A DNA stretch of 62,756 nucleotides, counting the filler, from Squatina squatina (taxonomy: Eukaryota): assembly GCA_031763465.1 (NCBI GenBank). It is 4 parts of 4 records of this genome, joined end to end, with 100 filler letters (N's around TTAATTAATTAA, not from the genome) between each part and the next. Parts side by side here need not be neighbours in the genome. Positions count along the whole stretch, not along the records: positions 1 to 13,004 come from JARFOE010000069.1; positions 13,105 to 33,523 come from JARFOE010000100.1; 2 more parts are not named here. One strand, given 5' to 3'. The notes below the pieces were generated by a model that searched no databases, was not told the origin of the DNA, and saw only the letters and a list, made by a program, of their open reading frames with translations. Shown here one piece after another: positions 12,378-25,011 of this stretch. The position numbers and the translations under genes were made by a program. Position 1 is the first letter of the stretch. The number at the start of each line of letters is the position of its first letter.

Positions 12378-12907
12378 AGCCTCAGGACCTCCGTCTCACT
12401 GTGCCCAGTCTCTTTCACCTCCAGCAGGATGCCAGCCGGCACCGTCAGCCAGGGGGGCAGCCCCCCCCGGGAGAAGATCATGGTGGGCAGAAGGTGGCCG
12501 TCGGCCAGGATGGTGAAGACGATCACAAACTGTGGCTGCCCCGTCCCCGCCACTCCCAGGCTGCCAGGAGCCGCCTCGGGCCGCCGCAGCGATTCCGGGT
12601 CCAGGAAAATTGGGATCTCGTCCATGTTGGCGATCCTGCGGCGCGGGAAGCCCCGCCCGCCGATCTGGCTCTGGGCGAACTCGACGAAGCTCCGCACGTT
12701 GTCCTCCATCTCCGGCGGCAGCTGACGGGCCACCGTGATCTTGGCGTAGGCGATGAGGTTGCGCCGCAGGAGGAAACCCACCGCCCACAGGCAGGAGTCG
12801 GCCAGCCCCCGGCCCCCGCAGCCCGGGAGCTCGGCGAGCTTGCGCAGCAGGGTCTCCTCAGTCAGGGGGAGCTGCCGCTCCCGCTGCACCAGCACCCACT
12901 CCACCAG
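12378..12907 (-). CDS. POGZ: POGZ-like domesticated pogo transposase, part of the terminal exon (CENP-B HTH end plus DDE domain start); truncated by a gap and an abrupt junction
   Basis: [20 protein letters not shown]...[11 protein letters not shown]...[10 protein letters not shown]...[25 protein letters not shown]...[16 protein letters not shown] aligns collinearly with recalled human POGZ ([20 protein letters not shown]...IDEISLFLD...ILADGTVLPTLVF...ILLEAKESGYSDDEIM). No stops; CGN is on the same scaffold. Confidence 0.85.
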
Positions 12908-13004
12908 TAAAATTGTGATCATTGATGCCAACCAGCCTGGCACCATTATGGACCAGTTTATAGTGTGCAACGCTCATGTTCTGTGTATTACCAGTGTCCC
13001 GGGT

Positions 13005-13104
13005 NNNNNNNNNNNNNNNNNNNNNNNNNNNNNNNNNNNNNNNNNNNNTTAATTAATTAANNNNNNNNNNNNNNNNNNNNNNNNNNNNNNNNNNNNNNNN
13101 NNNN
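13005..13104. other. Artificial scaffold-joining spacer (N44-TTAATTAATTAA-N44)
   Basis: Palindromic 12-mer with stops in all six frames at 13049-13060, flanked by exactly 44 N on each side. Confidence 0.95.
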
Positions 13105-16100
13105 TGAACACAAAATGTACAAAATAAAAGAAAACTTGCTTGCAGTAGCATATTAACTGGTGTATTGGAATAATTCAGTCTCTCTCTCTGGTATGTTAGT
13201 TCTGGAATATATTTTTGATGAGCTGTCCATAATTGTCATTCTTTCTGGTTTACTGATGATTTTTTAAAAACAAATCTTTTGTTTACTTTTCCTCATAAAC
13301 TTATCTAACCCTGCTGTTGTTTTACTAATCCGTATACTAGAACGTTCCAGTTTTAAAAAGCTTAATTTATCAAAACTAAGGCATTACTTCAGGCAATCTG
13401 ACCAAGAACCCTTCATAAAAATTGGGACCCAAATTAAAGCTTTGCAAGCACCTCTGTAAATTTTAGCTGTCTGACAGTCTCTGCAAGTTTCTTCTCATCT
13501 GCACCATGAAAAGCTGGGAAGTTATGTTTTACTAATGGTAAAAATCTTTCTCAAGAACTGAAGTGAATAATGTTGCTGACTAATAGATTGTGGGCAAAGA
13601 ATCCTTATTAATAGACACTTCCCTTTTCTGGTTTGAATCCCTTCACTTAGCACTTTCTTTTGTGTCAGCACAGTTCAAGTGCCATTCATTCTGTGATATC
13701 ATTATCAGGTAAATAAATTAACATAATGACGTTAGATTTGTTAAAATCCTTGCTACAGTAATATTCCAAGAATTACTGATTTTTCAAATGTTCATCTTCA
13801 GTATTTTACAAAAGGCACAGTAAATGAAAACGAACATTGACTTTCCTTTAGTTGCGATANNNNNNNNNNNNNNNNNNNNNNNNNNNNNNNNNNNNNNNNN
13901 NNNNNNNNNNNNNNNNNNNNNNNNNNNNNNNNNNNNNNNNNNNNNNNNNNNNNNNNNNNCAGTGAGGTTTGGAACAGCTGAGGGGAGTGAGAGATGTTCT
14001 AATGGGTTTTGTTCCCATCTGTTGTACACAATAGGATCATTCTCATATTTCTGTGAAAAGGTGCACAACCTTCTGTTCCTAAGAAAATGATCCACTAATT
14101 ACGCTGAGAAGGATTAATGGACATTTTAATGTAGAGCCCTGCTGTGGAATATTTAACTATGACCGTCAACAGGGTAACAACCACCTAATGTTGTAAAGCA
14201 GCAAGATCTTACTTATTGGTTTTATGTGTATAATTGACACTTACTTAAATGAAGAATAGCAGTGTAGAATCATCAGACTCTCATTTACTGAAGTAAACTG
14301 TTTAGTGACCACCCATATGTGCAGCAACCTCTCCAGTTAGCCATTTCCCTGAATAAGCAGCCATAAAATGTTCATAACCTGCCTATGATGATTAGATGAT
14401 CTATTTGATGGTTGCATCAGAGAGTTTTGTAAACACAGTTGACAACCCATGCCCCATTAGCACACCCAAGCTATCCGATCACAACTTGGCACATTCTTTA
14501 AAACATCCATATCAAATTATCAGACAAGATTTAAAACAAGAACAGGAATGAATGTTGTAAAAATGAGTAACACAGGCACACAATGTTACTAACACTATTA
14601 GTTATTCAAATAGCCAAAGCTTTTCTTTTCTTTATGATTCATTTTAACAATAATTAATGTACAAACATGCCAGAGAATGTCTTCCTGCTGATCATTTTGA
14701 CTACATTGGTGTCTGTGGCTGACACTTGAACTCAGCTGCTTTGTGTGCAGCTCCAGGAGCTCTGATCCCTCATCCAAAGAAAGTCTGACAACCAGCCTGA
14801 GTCTAGCTGCTGCAGCATTGCCTTTCGCTGCTTAGTCTGTGGAGCAATACCAATCTCTGGTGTGCTTAAAATCCCAAAACTGCCAATGTTGCTCATATAT
14901 AGTGTTTTCCATGCAACTGAAGTTAACTTTCTCTCTCACTCTGCTTCTGGGAAACTCCTGCTTGTTCCTTCACCTCATGTGCTATATCACATAGAGGTGT
15001 TCCCAGCTCCATTCATTTCCATCTGGATTTGGGCCCTTTCTTCCCAATTCCATTACTTTGTCTTGGNNNNNNNNNNNNNNNNNNNNNNNNNNNNNNNNNN
15101 NNNNNNNNNNNNNNNNNNNNNNNNNNNNNNNNNNNNNNNNNNNNNNNNNNNNNNNNNNNNNNNNNNATGGCCTATTTTTGCCTCTATGCTCGTACTGACC
15201 ATATGCTTTTCTCCTCTTTTAATGTGGAATGTACACTGGTCCGACAGAAAATTGCCAAGGAGAGATGGGACTCTGCTACAGTCTTGTCTAGTCTTGTGTG
15301 CAAGTCTTATTCCTTATTCAGCTTGTAAAATGGGGTGGAATAAGCTTGCACAGATGAAACAAGTTGAGAGGCTGAAAAACCCAAATGCACCAGGGATTGA
15401 AAACCAAACTAGGGACAGAAAGGAGGAGGTCTCCTAAAGGGCAAACAAATGTTCAATTAATTGACTTGTATCAGGTGTATACCACACCCACCCTACAGCC
15501 CACCCCTCATCAAATCATGTGAAGATGGGAAGGAAAGGAATTAAAAACAGGATGCGGCTTATCTCAAGATCGGGAATGGTGAGGAATAATTTTTAATCCA
15601 GTGCAAAATCTTACCTTTCAGTCCCTGATTGAGAGCTTGTTTAATATATCTCCAGTATTAAGGGACAAACAACAGTGTGAGTGCTATGAAGTGCTTTCCA
15701 TCAGTATGTTTCTCAAGTATTTAAGTAAATAAATGGTATTTTAAGATCTCCATTTCAGCAGCTGTAAACATTTCCATGAAGATAAACATTTCTAGCTGAA
15801 AAATAAAGCTCCTGTCTAAGTTGAGACTTTCAGGGTCTGTTTCTGAGCATATTGTCTTATCTGTTTTATATCCAAACATTCTGAAAACTTTGTCAGTTAC
15901 GTAAATTAAAAATAAATTGGATGCTTGCCCTTTAGGTGTGCAATATGAGACACATTCTGCTCATCCTTATGAACTAAACAAAGGAAGATTAGAACTCAGA
16001 TTTTTGCCCTAAGTGGACGGTAATTTCATTATATCAGGAACATTATTCAATTATGTTACAGGCTAGGTGAATTAGACACTGGGATTCTCGCTCGGTAAGC

Positions 16101-17117
16101 AGAATTTCACAATAGGAGAGGTGGGGGGAGGTGGGTGGTGGTGATCACGTACTGCCCATCCTAGAGACATAAACATAAACCTTGGGTAACCCGACCCAGT
16201 CTGAGCACAGCTGCAGTTTCCCACTTTGATATTTTACCCTCTCCCTTCACCGTTATGACCTCGATCGGGCAAAAAATAGAATGCGCGTCGAGCCGCTATC
16301 TCGCTCAAATAAGCCCCACAGATCTGCTTGAGCTGGCTGCGCATTTTTTTTTAAGATGGACGGTTGCAGCTTTTGTGAAGTCAGAGTGGTCTGGTAATTG
16401 GCTTTCCCTCTTTCAGCACCCCTTCCCCTGTATCTGATAACTGCACAGTGTCGCTGTGATTAGTGAAACAGCGATGAAGGCAAAACAGATGTTTGACAGT
16501 CTCGACCCTGAGTGATTGATTAACTGCGTACATGGATTAACAAACTGGCTGCTGCGCGTTCTACAGCAGTAGTACATTGAGATGAGGGTTTCAGATGACA
16601 TTCCTTTATTGCTTTTAAAGTCTTTTGTAGGCCAACTTTTTATGTTAATGTAGTCCTCCCTCCTCCTCCTCATACTCCCTGAAGCCTCAGTGATGGCTGA
16701 GGGGGCGGGGGGGCGGTGGGGTTGCACGGGGCGCCATTCACCCTCCCCAAGCTCCATCCAAATGGTCACTATTCGTGTCTGAGCCTTGCCAGTTAGTGTT
16801 GGCAGGCTATTTAACCATGGGGGCATCATAGCCTAGCCTGATCCCATCCTGGCCCAAGGTGTACGGACAGGGGAGTCACCGTATTGCGATCAGGATGTGG
16901 AACCATAGCAGATGTCCCCTCCCCACCCCCATCCTTAAGTTAAGGGTGCTGAGGCCAGTTGCTTTTCCACTGCCCTAGCTGAGATCAGTTAAAGAAAAAG
17001 ACTTGCATTTCTATAGCNNNNNNNNNNNNNNNNNNNNNNNNNNNNNNNNNNNNNNNNNNNNNNNNNNNNNNNNNNNNNNNNNNNNNNNNNNNNNNNNNNN
17101 NNNNNNNNNNNNNNNNN

Positions 17118-17277
17118 AAATATATTCAAGAAGGAGTTAGATATAGCTCTTAAGGCTAAAGGGAGCAAGGGATATGGGGAGAAAGCAGGGACAGAGTACT
17201 GAATTTGGAAGATCAGCCATGATCTCATTGAATGGTGGAGCAGGCTCGAAGGGCCAAATGGCCTTCTATGTTTCTAT
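17118..17277 (+). mobile_element. CR1 LINE 3' end
   Basis: tattcaagaaggagttagatatagctctt...gatcagccatgatctcattgaatggtggagcaggctcgaagggcc. Confidence 0.85.
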
Positions 17278-18599
17278 GGTGACATTCAAATGGTGGGTAA
17301 TCTTGCAGCTGAGCCCCTTAGCTACGAATCCGCTCCGTTATGAATCTGGCAATTTGCACTATTTAAATACAAATCCCATGAAGGGCTCGTTTGTTGAAGA
17401 GTGTTGAAATTAAAATGAGATTGCCAAAAGTGAGCCTAATTTTTCATTTCACTCTTCAACAGAAAACCTTTAGCCTTAGTTGGACTTGCCACCAGACACA
17501 TTTGGATAAGGTATGCCAGTTTTCTCCTGGATTAGTGAGTAGGTGGCATGTGAATATGTGTGCTGTGTTGTGTAACCAGAAGTGAAGGTCTGATTGAGTG
17601 TATGCACCTGCTCGAGCAAGTGGGACTGTGTGAGCAGTCTGAGATTGAATCTGAGCCAAACTCAAACCAGGACAGATCCAAGCACATGCCTCAATTCGGG
17701 GGAAAAAAGTTATTTAGATACTGTTTCTCAGTTCAAGTGCATAATATTATGGTGCAGAATTTAAGTTATGATTCCTCCACCAACGAGTGAGGTGGATATG
17801 CAGTGAAATCCACTCTGTCAAATATAAGAAAAGAAAAAGCTTCCTGAGTTGTGCTTATCAATAATTAACAGTGCATCAGCAATGTCCAAAGGGAGCTTAT
17901 ATTGCACATTTGTGCAGACTGCTAATAATATATAGTAGATGGACTGGTGTATTCAAATCCCAGGACACAAAGCCATTCAAGTCCAGCATCGCATTTTAAA
18001 TTAGTCTGTGGATAAATGCCTGGCTATTGTGGAGTTGGGCTAGTGTACAATTAGCTCATTGTTTTTGATGGTTTGCACTGAGCGAACTGTAGGATTGCAA
18101 GAGCAAAGGCAAACATGCTCCTGGATGTTTAATGAGGGAGTNNNNNNNNNNNNNNNNNNNNNNNNNNNNNNNNNNNNNNNNNNNNNNNNNNNNNNNNNNN
18201 NNNNNNNNNNNNNNNNNNNNNNNNNNNNNNNNNNNNNNNNNNNNNNNNNNNNNNNNNNNNNNNNNNNNNNNNNNNNNCTTAAACGATTGTGCAGTACTTG
18301 CAGTGATTACATTAATTGATCAGCCACTACAAGTGGACTCTTTCAAGTATCTAGACTCATTCTGAATCACATGTCGGGCCTGTATGAAAAACCAACTCAG
18401 TCTGTGAAATAAAATTGAATAATGAAGACATTGATTTCAAATGCATGTTGAAACAAGTCTTATTTTAAATCCTTGTCCCTTTTCTGACCACTACATTGTA
18501 TTAAAACATTAAAAAGTACTTTTAACAATTGGGTTGAATCTTAAAGTTTGAGTGTTTGCGGCTAAAATAATTAGTTCTACTTTGGTTGCTTTTCCACAG

Positions 18600-18657
18600 A
18601 TCAGAAGACGAAGACCTACTCCAGCTTCACTGGTTATTCTAAATGAGTCGTCACCAG
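18600..18657 (+). CDS. PPP1R1C: Protein phosphatase 1 regulatory inhibitor subunit 1C, second coding exon (PKA site)
   Basis: tttccacag acceptor and GTAATA donor; IRRRRPTPASLVILNESSP matches recalled PPP1R1C IRKRRPTPASLVILNE (inhibitor-1/DARPP-32 RRRPTPA motif). Lies tail-to-tail with PDE1A as in human 2q31-32. Confidence 0.9.
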
Positions 18658-21600
18658 GTAATAGATAACAGTGATAGAAATCATATGAACTTCGCATATG
18701 ATATACAATGACAAGTCAAACAATGGGTTTATTTGCGGTAGCATGACTGAATTAATCACTGCTGATTATTCTAAAATATTAGCACATAAGCACAAAGAAA
18801 GTAACTTAATTGTTTCATTAACATCCTGGGGAAATGCAGTATCAATTTCAAAATTTTGGGAAGAACATTTTTATTTGAATATGTCTCTTTAAAATCCATG
18901 AAATGTATAAGTTAATCAACTGTGATTTGCTGAAAAAGCTTCCAAACCTCTGCTACCTAAATGCTACTTTAACAATTCACCAGATCTGCATAATTGTAAT
19001 GCTGGAGACCCTCAGCTGTCTTTTACCTCCAGTTACCAGTGACCTGATACCACTGATAAAAGAGACGCATACTGACAAAGGCAGTCAATGCTGAAGATGT
19101 GTACGTAAGATTGCATTAATGAAGATTTTGACCTAAAGGTTACATGGTATCCGACTCACCACCGTCATTTTAAATCTCCTCATTCAGTGTGCATACGGAG
19201 AGGAAAGCTAATGTGAAAAGATGGGAATGTATTTGATCAGCAGAAAGCAGAATGCTCTTGGCTTTTCTGCAGCTGTTTCCCCAGATTTGTTCAAGTGGGC
19301 AGCTCTCGGCTATGTCCTTGTGAATTATAAACAGAGTACGAGATAAAGAAATTGGGCTCTGAAAAATGGCAGTCACTGATTTCTGGCACTGTGTACATGC
19401 ACCTTTTGCCCTTGAGTTTTTTTTAAACGTTTGGCTGTCTGACTTTATTACTGGATATGTCATTAAAATCTGTTTGCACATTGTTAGCCCTTAGCCTGTC
19501 CTTGTGTGTGGTTGTATAAATGCATAGTTTCTTAGTTTACTGAGAAAATGGATCCATCAGTACTTTTTTTATTGAACACACTGAATGACATAAGTCTGTT
19601 CAGAAGTAAACTGAAACATTCTGGAAGCAGGCAGTAGTGAAACAACTCTCTCAGGAAATGAGTCATCGGCCAAAGTACTGCAAGAGTCATAGGGCAGCAT
19701 TATAGGTTCTACAAAATACAGTATTAGTTTCCACAGAAATTTACACAACAGGCTTAGAGTTTGCTAGCTTGAACTTACTGAAGACCTTTTAGTATCAGGT
19801 AAAGTACTTATTGATGTATTTAGATCAGATGATTAGTGGAACACAGGACCTCTACAGAAGTCTTCAGGTTTCAGCCTAATTATGGGCAGTCTGCTGACGC
19901 AGGCAAAATCCGTTACTACACCAAAGATTCAATGTCAATCTCTGGCCAGTTGTATTCTATATACTTGGAGCTGGCATATCGATGAGTATTTATCAGAGAA
20001 TATTGGTAGTAATTGTAGTAACTCAAGCATGCAATTTGCAATGGTTTCATCCCAACAAAAATACAAATGCAATCGGTGGAGAAATTTAAAACATTAAGTT
20101 CATCTTCATTGGCAGTGCTCCCAAACCAAGATAAAATGCTCTCCATATCTGTAACTATTTGTAATTCTTTTTGCCTTCCTCTCTTTCTATTTATCTTCCA
20201 CTATCTCTAGCTCTCATTTGCTTTTTTCATTGTTTCTCACTCTTTCCTTCATAATTCTGTTCTTCTCTCTGTCCACTCTTCTGCTTGTTTATCATTGTGT
20301 CTCTATATATCTTACACGTGTTCCTTTACTGATTGACTGAATTTGTATCTTTTTGTATATTTTGAAGGCTAGGGTGTACAGCACAATGAGAAATAAAATG
20401 TACCTGGTTGAAAATAGGGTTGGGGGCAGGCACAAAGAGGCCATCTGGGTGATGCTCGAGCACAGAAGAGTGTAAGAGAAACTGGGGTATGGACCTCAGC
20501 TGAAGAAAGTGAGGCTTAGGCTGGCAAGAAGTAGGGGCATGGGGCCTGGCCTGTGGATGGTCATTCTGCTGATATTGTNNNNNNNNNNNNNNNNNNNNNN
20601 NNNNNNNNNNNNNNNNNNNNNNNNNNNNNNNNNNNNNNNNNNNNNNNNNNNNNNNNNNNNNNNNNNNNNNNNNNNNNNGAGCATTGACCATCCACTCCTG
20701 ACCAGCTCTCTGCCTTCCCACAGCAGTGCACTATGGTTATATGGTTGTCAATTTTTTTTGACTGCACTGTTACTATCATCTCTGCCTGTTCAGCAATCTT
20801 CTTGACCCGCATTTAAGAATTTATCCTAAAGCTGGAACCTGTGGTTACCTCCTAATCTATCATGCTGCCCCACCCCTTGTCATCAATTCTGCCAATACTA
20901 TTCACCAGAATCTGCTGCTGACTGTAGGTGTATTTACCAACCAGTTCACATTTGCTCAAATTGAAAGCTGATTTCTTGGTAAAGTGTTTTTCACCAAATT
21001 GCAGAGGAGTCACATGACTGGGCCAGACCTGCTGTCCTTGACTAATGGTTTTAGCTCCAGCCTGGTTGCCTGTGTGGATAAGCACCTTCTTATTAACAAG
21101 TACTGTTTGCTTAGATTCATCATTAAGGAAAATGAACCNNNNNNNNNNTACTTAATAGTCCATACTTATCTCCCCTTTTAGGGCCATCTGCTCAAAACGC
21201 TTATCCTGACATAATTTTTTTTTAAAACAAAGCTTGCCATAGGATTAGTTGCAAATCCTGTGGGGATTTTGCTATCCTTGTAGGAACTCAATAGATCCTT
21301 TGAGAATATGTTGTGAAACCTATAGGATTTTTAGTAATGGATTGCCCTTTCTGAAACTCAGCAAATAATGCAGCAGCTTGTGTTTCTTAGCATTGCCATT
21401 TATATTTTCAATCTCATCTCATCTTTCCAGGCTAAAAGCCATTAGAAAGCATACTGTCTGCTTCATTGCTTCCTTTAATCTGCACCTAAAATGAGACCAA
21501 AAGGCAAATCAATGACCAAATGATCCAGAATGCATTTTTCTGGAGCCCAGTTAAATTACCTCCATCAGCTATAACCACAGCTCACATTTGTGCACTTTCT

Positions 21601-24484
21601 TTATTTACTTCATTAGCATGGGTAGTGATCTGNNNNNNNNNNTGAAAGTGCCCAATATTATCATCTGAGAGAGGAAGCCCATCTGTTGAGCTTGATTTGA
21701 ACCCAGACACCAGAGGTAAAAGCAAAATGCCCGTGCCACTCAATCCACACGGCTATCACGGAGAAGCAAACATGATGGTAGAAATGTTTTACTTTGAAAT
21801 TACAGTTTGTTTCTAGTGGAACTGGCATTGTTAAGGAGATAGAATTGGTCTTTTTGTTGAGGAACATTAGTCTGAGTCTCTAGAGAGTAAAACATGACAT
21901 TTCATGCACAGAAGTGCCATTGGAATTTTAGACATCCATTTTCCAAGAGTTAGAATGGAATAAGTGCATCATTACTGCCATCTCTCCTCCATCTGTTCAA
22001 GTGGATAACTTTCACACTGCCTTGAGTTTTAAATTTAAACAATTCATTCCAGATCATTCAATGAAACAGCTCACATGGACTCTGTTGCTGGGATTATGGT
22101 ATTCCATGGAGAAGTTCATAGAAAATCTTCCTGTTCAAAGGATAATAATATTAAATGCAACTGAACTATGTGTTAGTTCAATTTATTGTGGATGAGGTCA
22201 AGGACTGCCTTATTAATTAGCTAATTAAAATAGCAGTGAGCATGTTTCACATCTGTGACAGGATTTCATAGCGTCAACGCTTTACATGAGAACTCTGACA
22301 TAATTAAAGTCTGATGTTAATACTCTTCAGTGGGTTATCGTGACAGAACAACAAGATAGTAATCCGTCTGTGGATTTTTAATCGTAAATATTCCGTCATA
22401 TTCATGTTTCTAAATTTGCAGTAAAGTTCTTCTAGTCTGCTCAATTGACTAGTGCATATGAAACTTCTGAAATGTATTCGAGGTACATGTGAAAGATTTA
22501 CCATATGTACTGCAGTGCTCCTTACATCTGTAAAATGGCAAGGCAGAGTTATCAAATTGAGCTTTTATTGATGTAATACATTATTGAATTCCTCACTGCC
22601 ACTCATTTTCATTTTAGTCTCTGAAAAAGAGAAATTTCTTCTGTTGATAGTTTTCTTAGAAAAAAGAGTAAATTCATTTGATTTTACACCTGAATATTGA
22701 GGGTGTGGGGGATGTGAGGGTAATTTTAACCTCACCCACCTGTGAGAAATTGCCAGGATGAGATCAGTTGCCTGTTTTAGACCTCACCAGTTAACATCAG
22801 TAGAAAGTAATATCATGCGGAGTGTGAAATGGGCGGCTGACCAGATTCCAGCAGTCTACTGTTGAGCGAGTTTGCTTAAAATTACCCACATGGATTCTTA
22901 TATCGATATTTAATAATCTTGGGGTTCCCTGATCGGCCCCCTAACTTCGGCAGAAGATTGGTGGAAAGCCCAGAGAAATGGCATAAAGGCGGNNNNNNNN
23001 NNNNNNNNNNNNNNNNNNNNNNNNNNNNNNNNNNNNNNNNNNNNNNNNNNNNNNNNNNNNNNNNNNNNNNNNNNNNNNNNNNNNNNNNNNNNTGTCTTGT
23101 ACACAATTGAATTTTCTGCTCTCTCTTTTTTTCCTCCTTTCTTGTTTTACTACAGTTATGCAGTGGAGCACTGGCAGTGGGAACTTACTGTATTAGGATT
23201 TTTAGCACCCATGTGTCTATTTTAGCATCGGTCTTTACTTTATACCATAGCAATACTGCTGTGGGTAAACCGCACACATAAACTTATTATTATCATCTAA
23301 AAGTGATTTATTAACAAAGGAATCCTGATTAAAGATTTTTAAAATTAAAATTGTGGCTAAATGATTATAGAATCATTTAACTACAAATGGTTTGATGAAA
23401 TTTTAAGTTAGATGTTATCTAACTATGTAACACAATAATAGGCAATAACTTACATTAACTCAGTCGTAAAAATGAAACATTTGAAGTCAAATAATGCTTT
23501 AACTCAAATTTTGTCTAAATTACAATTACAAATATCTACATTTGTTTTTAAATTTCTCAAGTTTTTAGACTTTAGTAGCTTCACATGTCTTGCATTTCCT
23601 TCTTGGAATACTGCTGTTTTAATTTAGAATGAGAGCCAACCAGTTTGCACTATGGGAATATTGAGGTTTAGTTACATCCTTGTCCATTGGCAACCACTTA
23701 ATATCTTTAATTGTATATATACCACTCAGTGTTCCTATATATCATTAAAGATGATTTGAATTGCCATTAATGTTATTTGTTTTTAGATGGTGGTGTTCCT
23801 CCACTTCTGGGAATGAAATNNNNNNNNNNNNNNNNNNNNNNNNNNNNNNNNNNNNNNNNNNNNNNNNNNNNNNNNNNNNNNNNNNNNNNNNNNNNNNNNN
23901 NNNNNNNNNNNNNNNNNNNTATCCACATACAGCAAGATCTGGCAAAATCCAGACTTGGAGGTGGAAGTTAACATTATTAGTCCCACTTAAGTGCCACGTA
24001 ATGACCATCTCCAACAAAAATGGCCCAACCACCTCCTGCTGACCTTCTGTAGCACCACCAGGCATTCCATTCCTGGCAGCAGTCAGCTTCCTTTTGGTGG
24101 CAGGGATGCCGATATGCATGCCCGCCAATTGAAACCCGGCCCAAGAAAATAGGTCGGAGGGATGGCAAGTTTGCAGCTGTGGACTAAAATCCCACCAGGT
24201 AAGGTAAGGAATTGGGCTGTAATGGAGGGCGGGGAGGCAGTTACTAGGCCAAATCCCTCTTTCAAAAAACTTTGGGACCTTCCTGCTGCAACACCAGGGA
24301 CAAACGCCAGGCTTCACATGGCAGTCTGGGGAATAGCAATAAGAGGGGAAATGTGTCAGGAACCTTAAGAAGAAAATAAAACAGTTGCATTAGGATAATT
24401 ATTTTGTTGCTGTGCATTTATTCTAGTGTAACATGAAGTATTTATTTCTCCCCTTTCAATAGGCTGTTGAGAGTGAGTTTTATC

Positions 24485-24680
24485 AAAAGCAAACTACTGC
24501 AGCTGCTGGAAATCGGAAATAAAAACAGAAAATACTGGAATTACTCAGCAGAGCAGGCAGCGTCTGTGGAGACCGTTTCAGGTTCAGACGAAAGGTCATC
24601 AACCTGAAACGTTAACCTTGTGTCTCTCTTCACAAAGCTGTCTGGCCTGCTGAGTATTTCCAGCATTTTCTGTTTTTATT
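24485..24680. mobile_element. Palindromic shark interspersed repeat (probably Penelope-associated)
   Basis: aataaaaacagaaaatactggaattactcagcag... pairs with ...ctgctgagtatttccagcattttctgtttttatt; a second copy lies at about 4145-4270. Confidence 0.7.
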
Positions 24681-25011
24681 GGTGAGTTTTATCAGTTGCT
24701 TCACTAATCACCTCCTTGGATTAACTGGACTGAACTTGATGCAATGATCTTATAAAGTAAGAGAAAATGATATGACGTCTGACTCTAAGCCCCCTAAAAG
24801 GGACAGGCAATGACTCTTCCAGTTACATATCTTAATAGATTATTGGTATATGAAGTATAACCTTTGTCTGGAGGATAGCCACCACTCTTCCTGAAGGAAA
24901 GCAGCTTTTCCTGCAGCGGACACAACTGACTGAAACATACTATATTATCTGTATATTGTCATTGTAGTGACTGCTACACCACATGGCTTTGAACAGTTAT
25001 TTCTATCACAG

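Noticed and set aside
13049-13060. TTAATTAATTAA palindrome recurring three times
   Set aside because: Always flanked by exactly 44 N on each side; a synthetic six-frame-stop spacer, not biology. No synteny should be inferred across it.
15475-15500. VYTTPTLQ resembling PPP1R1C VYTPPTIK
   Set aside because: Lies upstream of exon 2, lacks the preceding SPKQRKQS sequence and has no donor site.
16413-16829. 138-aa minus-strand ORF
   Set aside because: No recognisable homology or splice signals; more likely regulatory DNA.
17653-17670. EPNS resembling the PPP1R1C N-terminus
   Set aside because: No initiating Met and no KKIQF PP1-docking motif follows.
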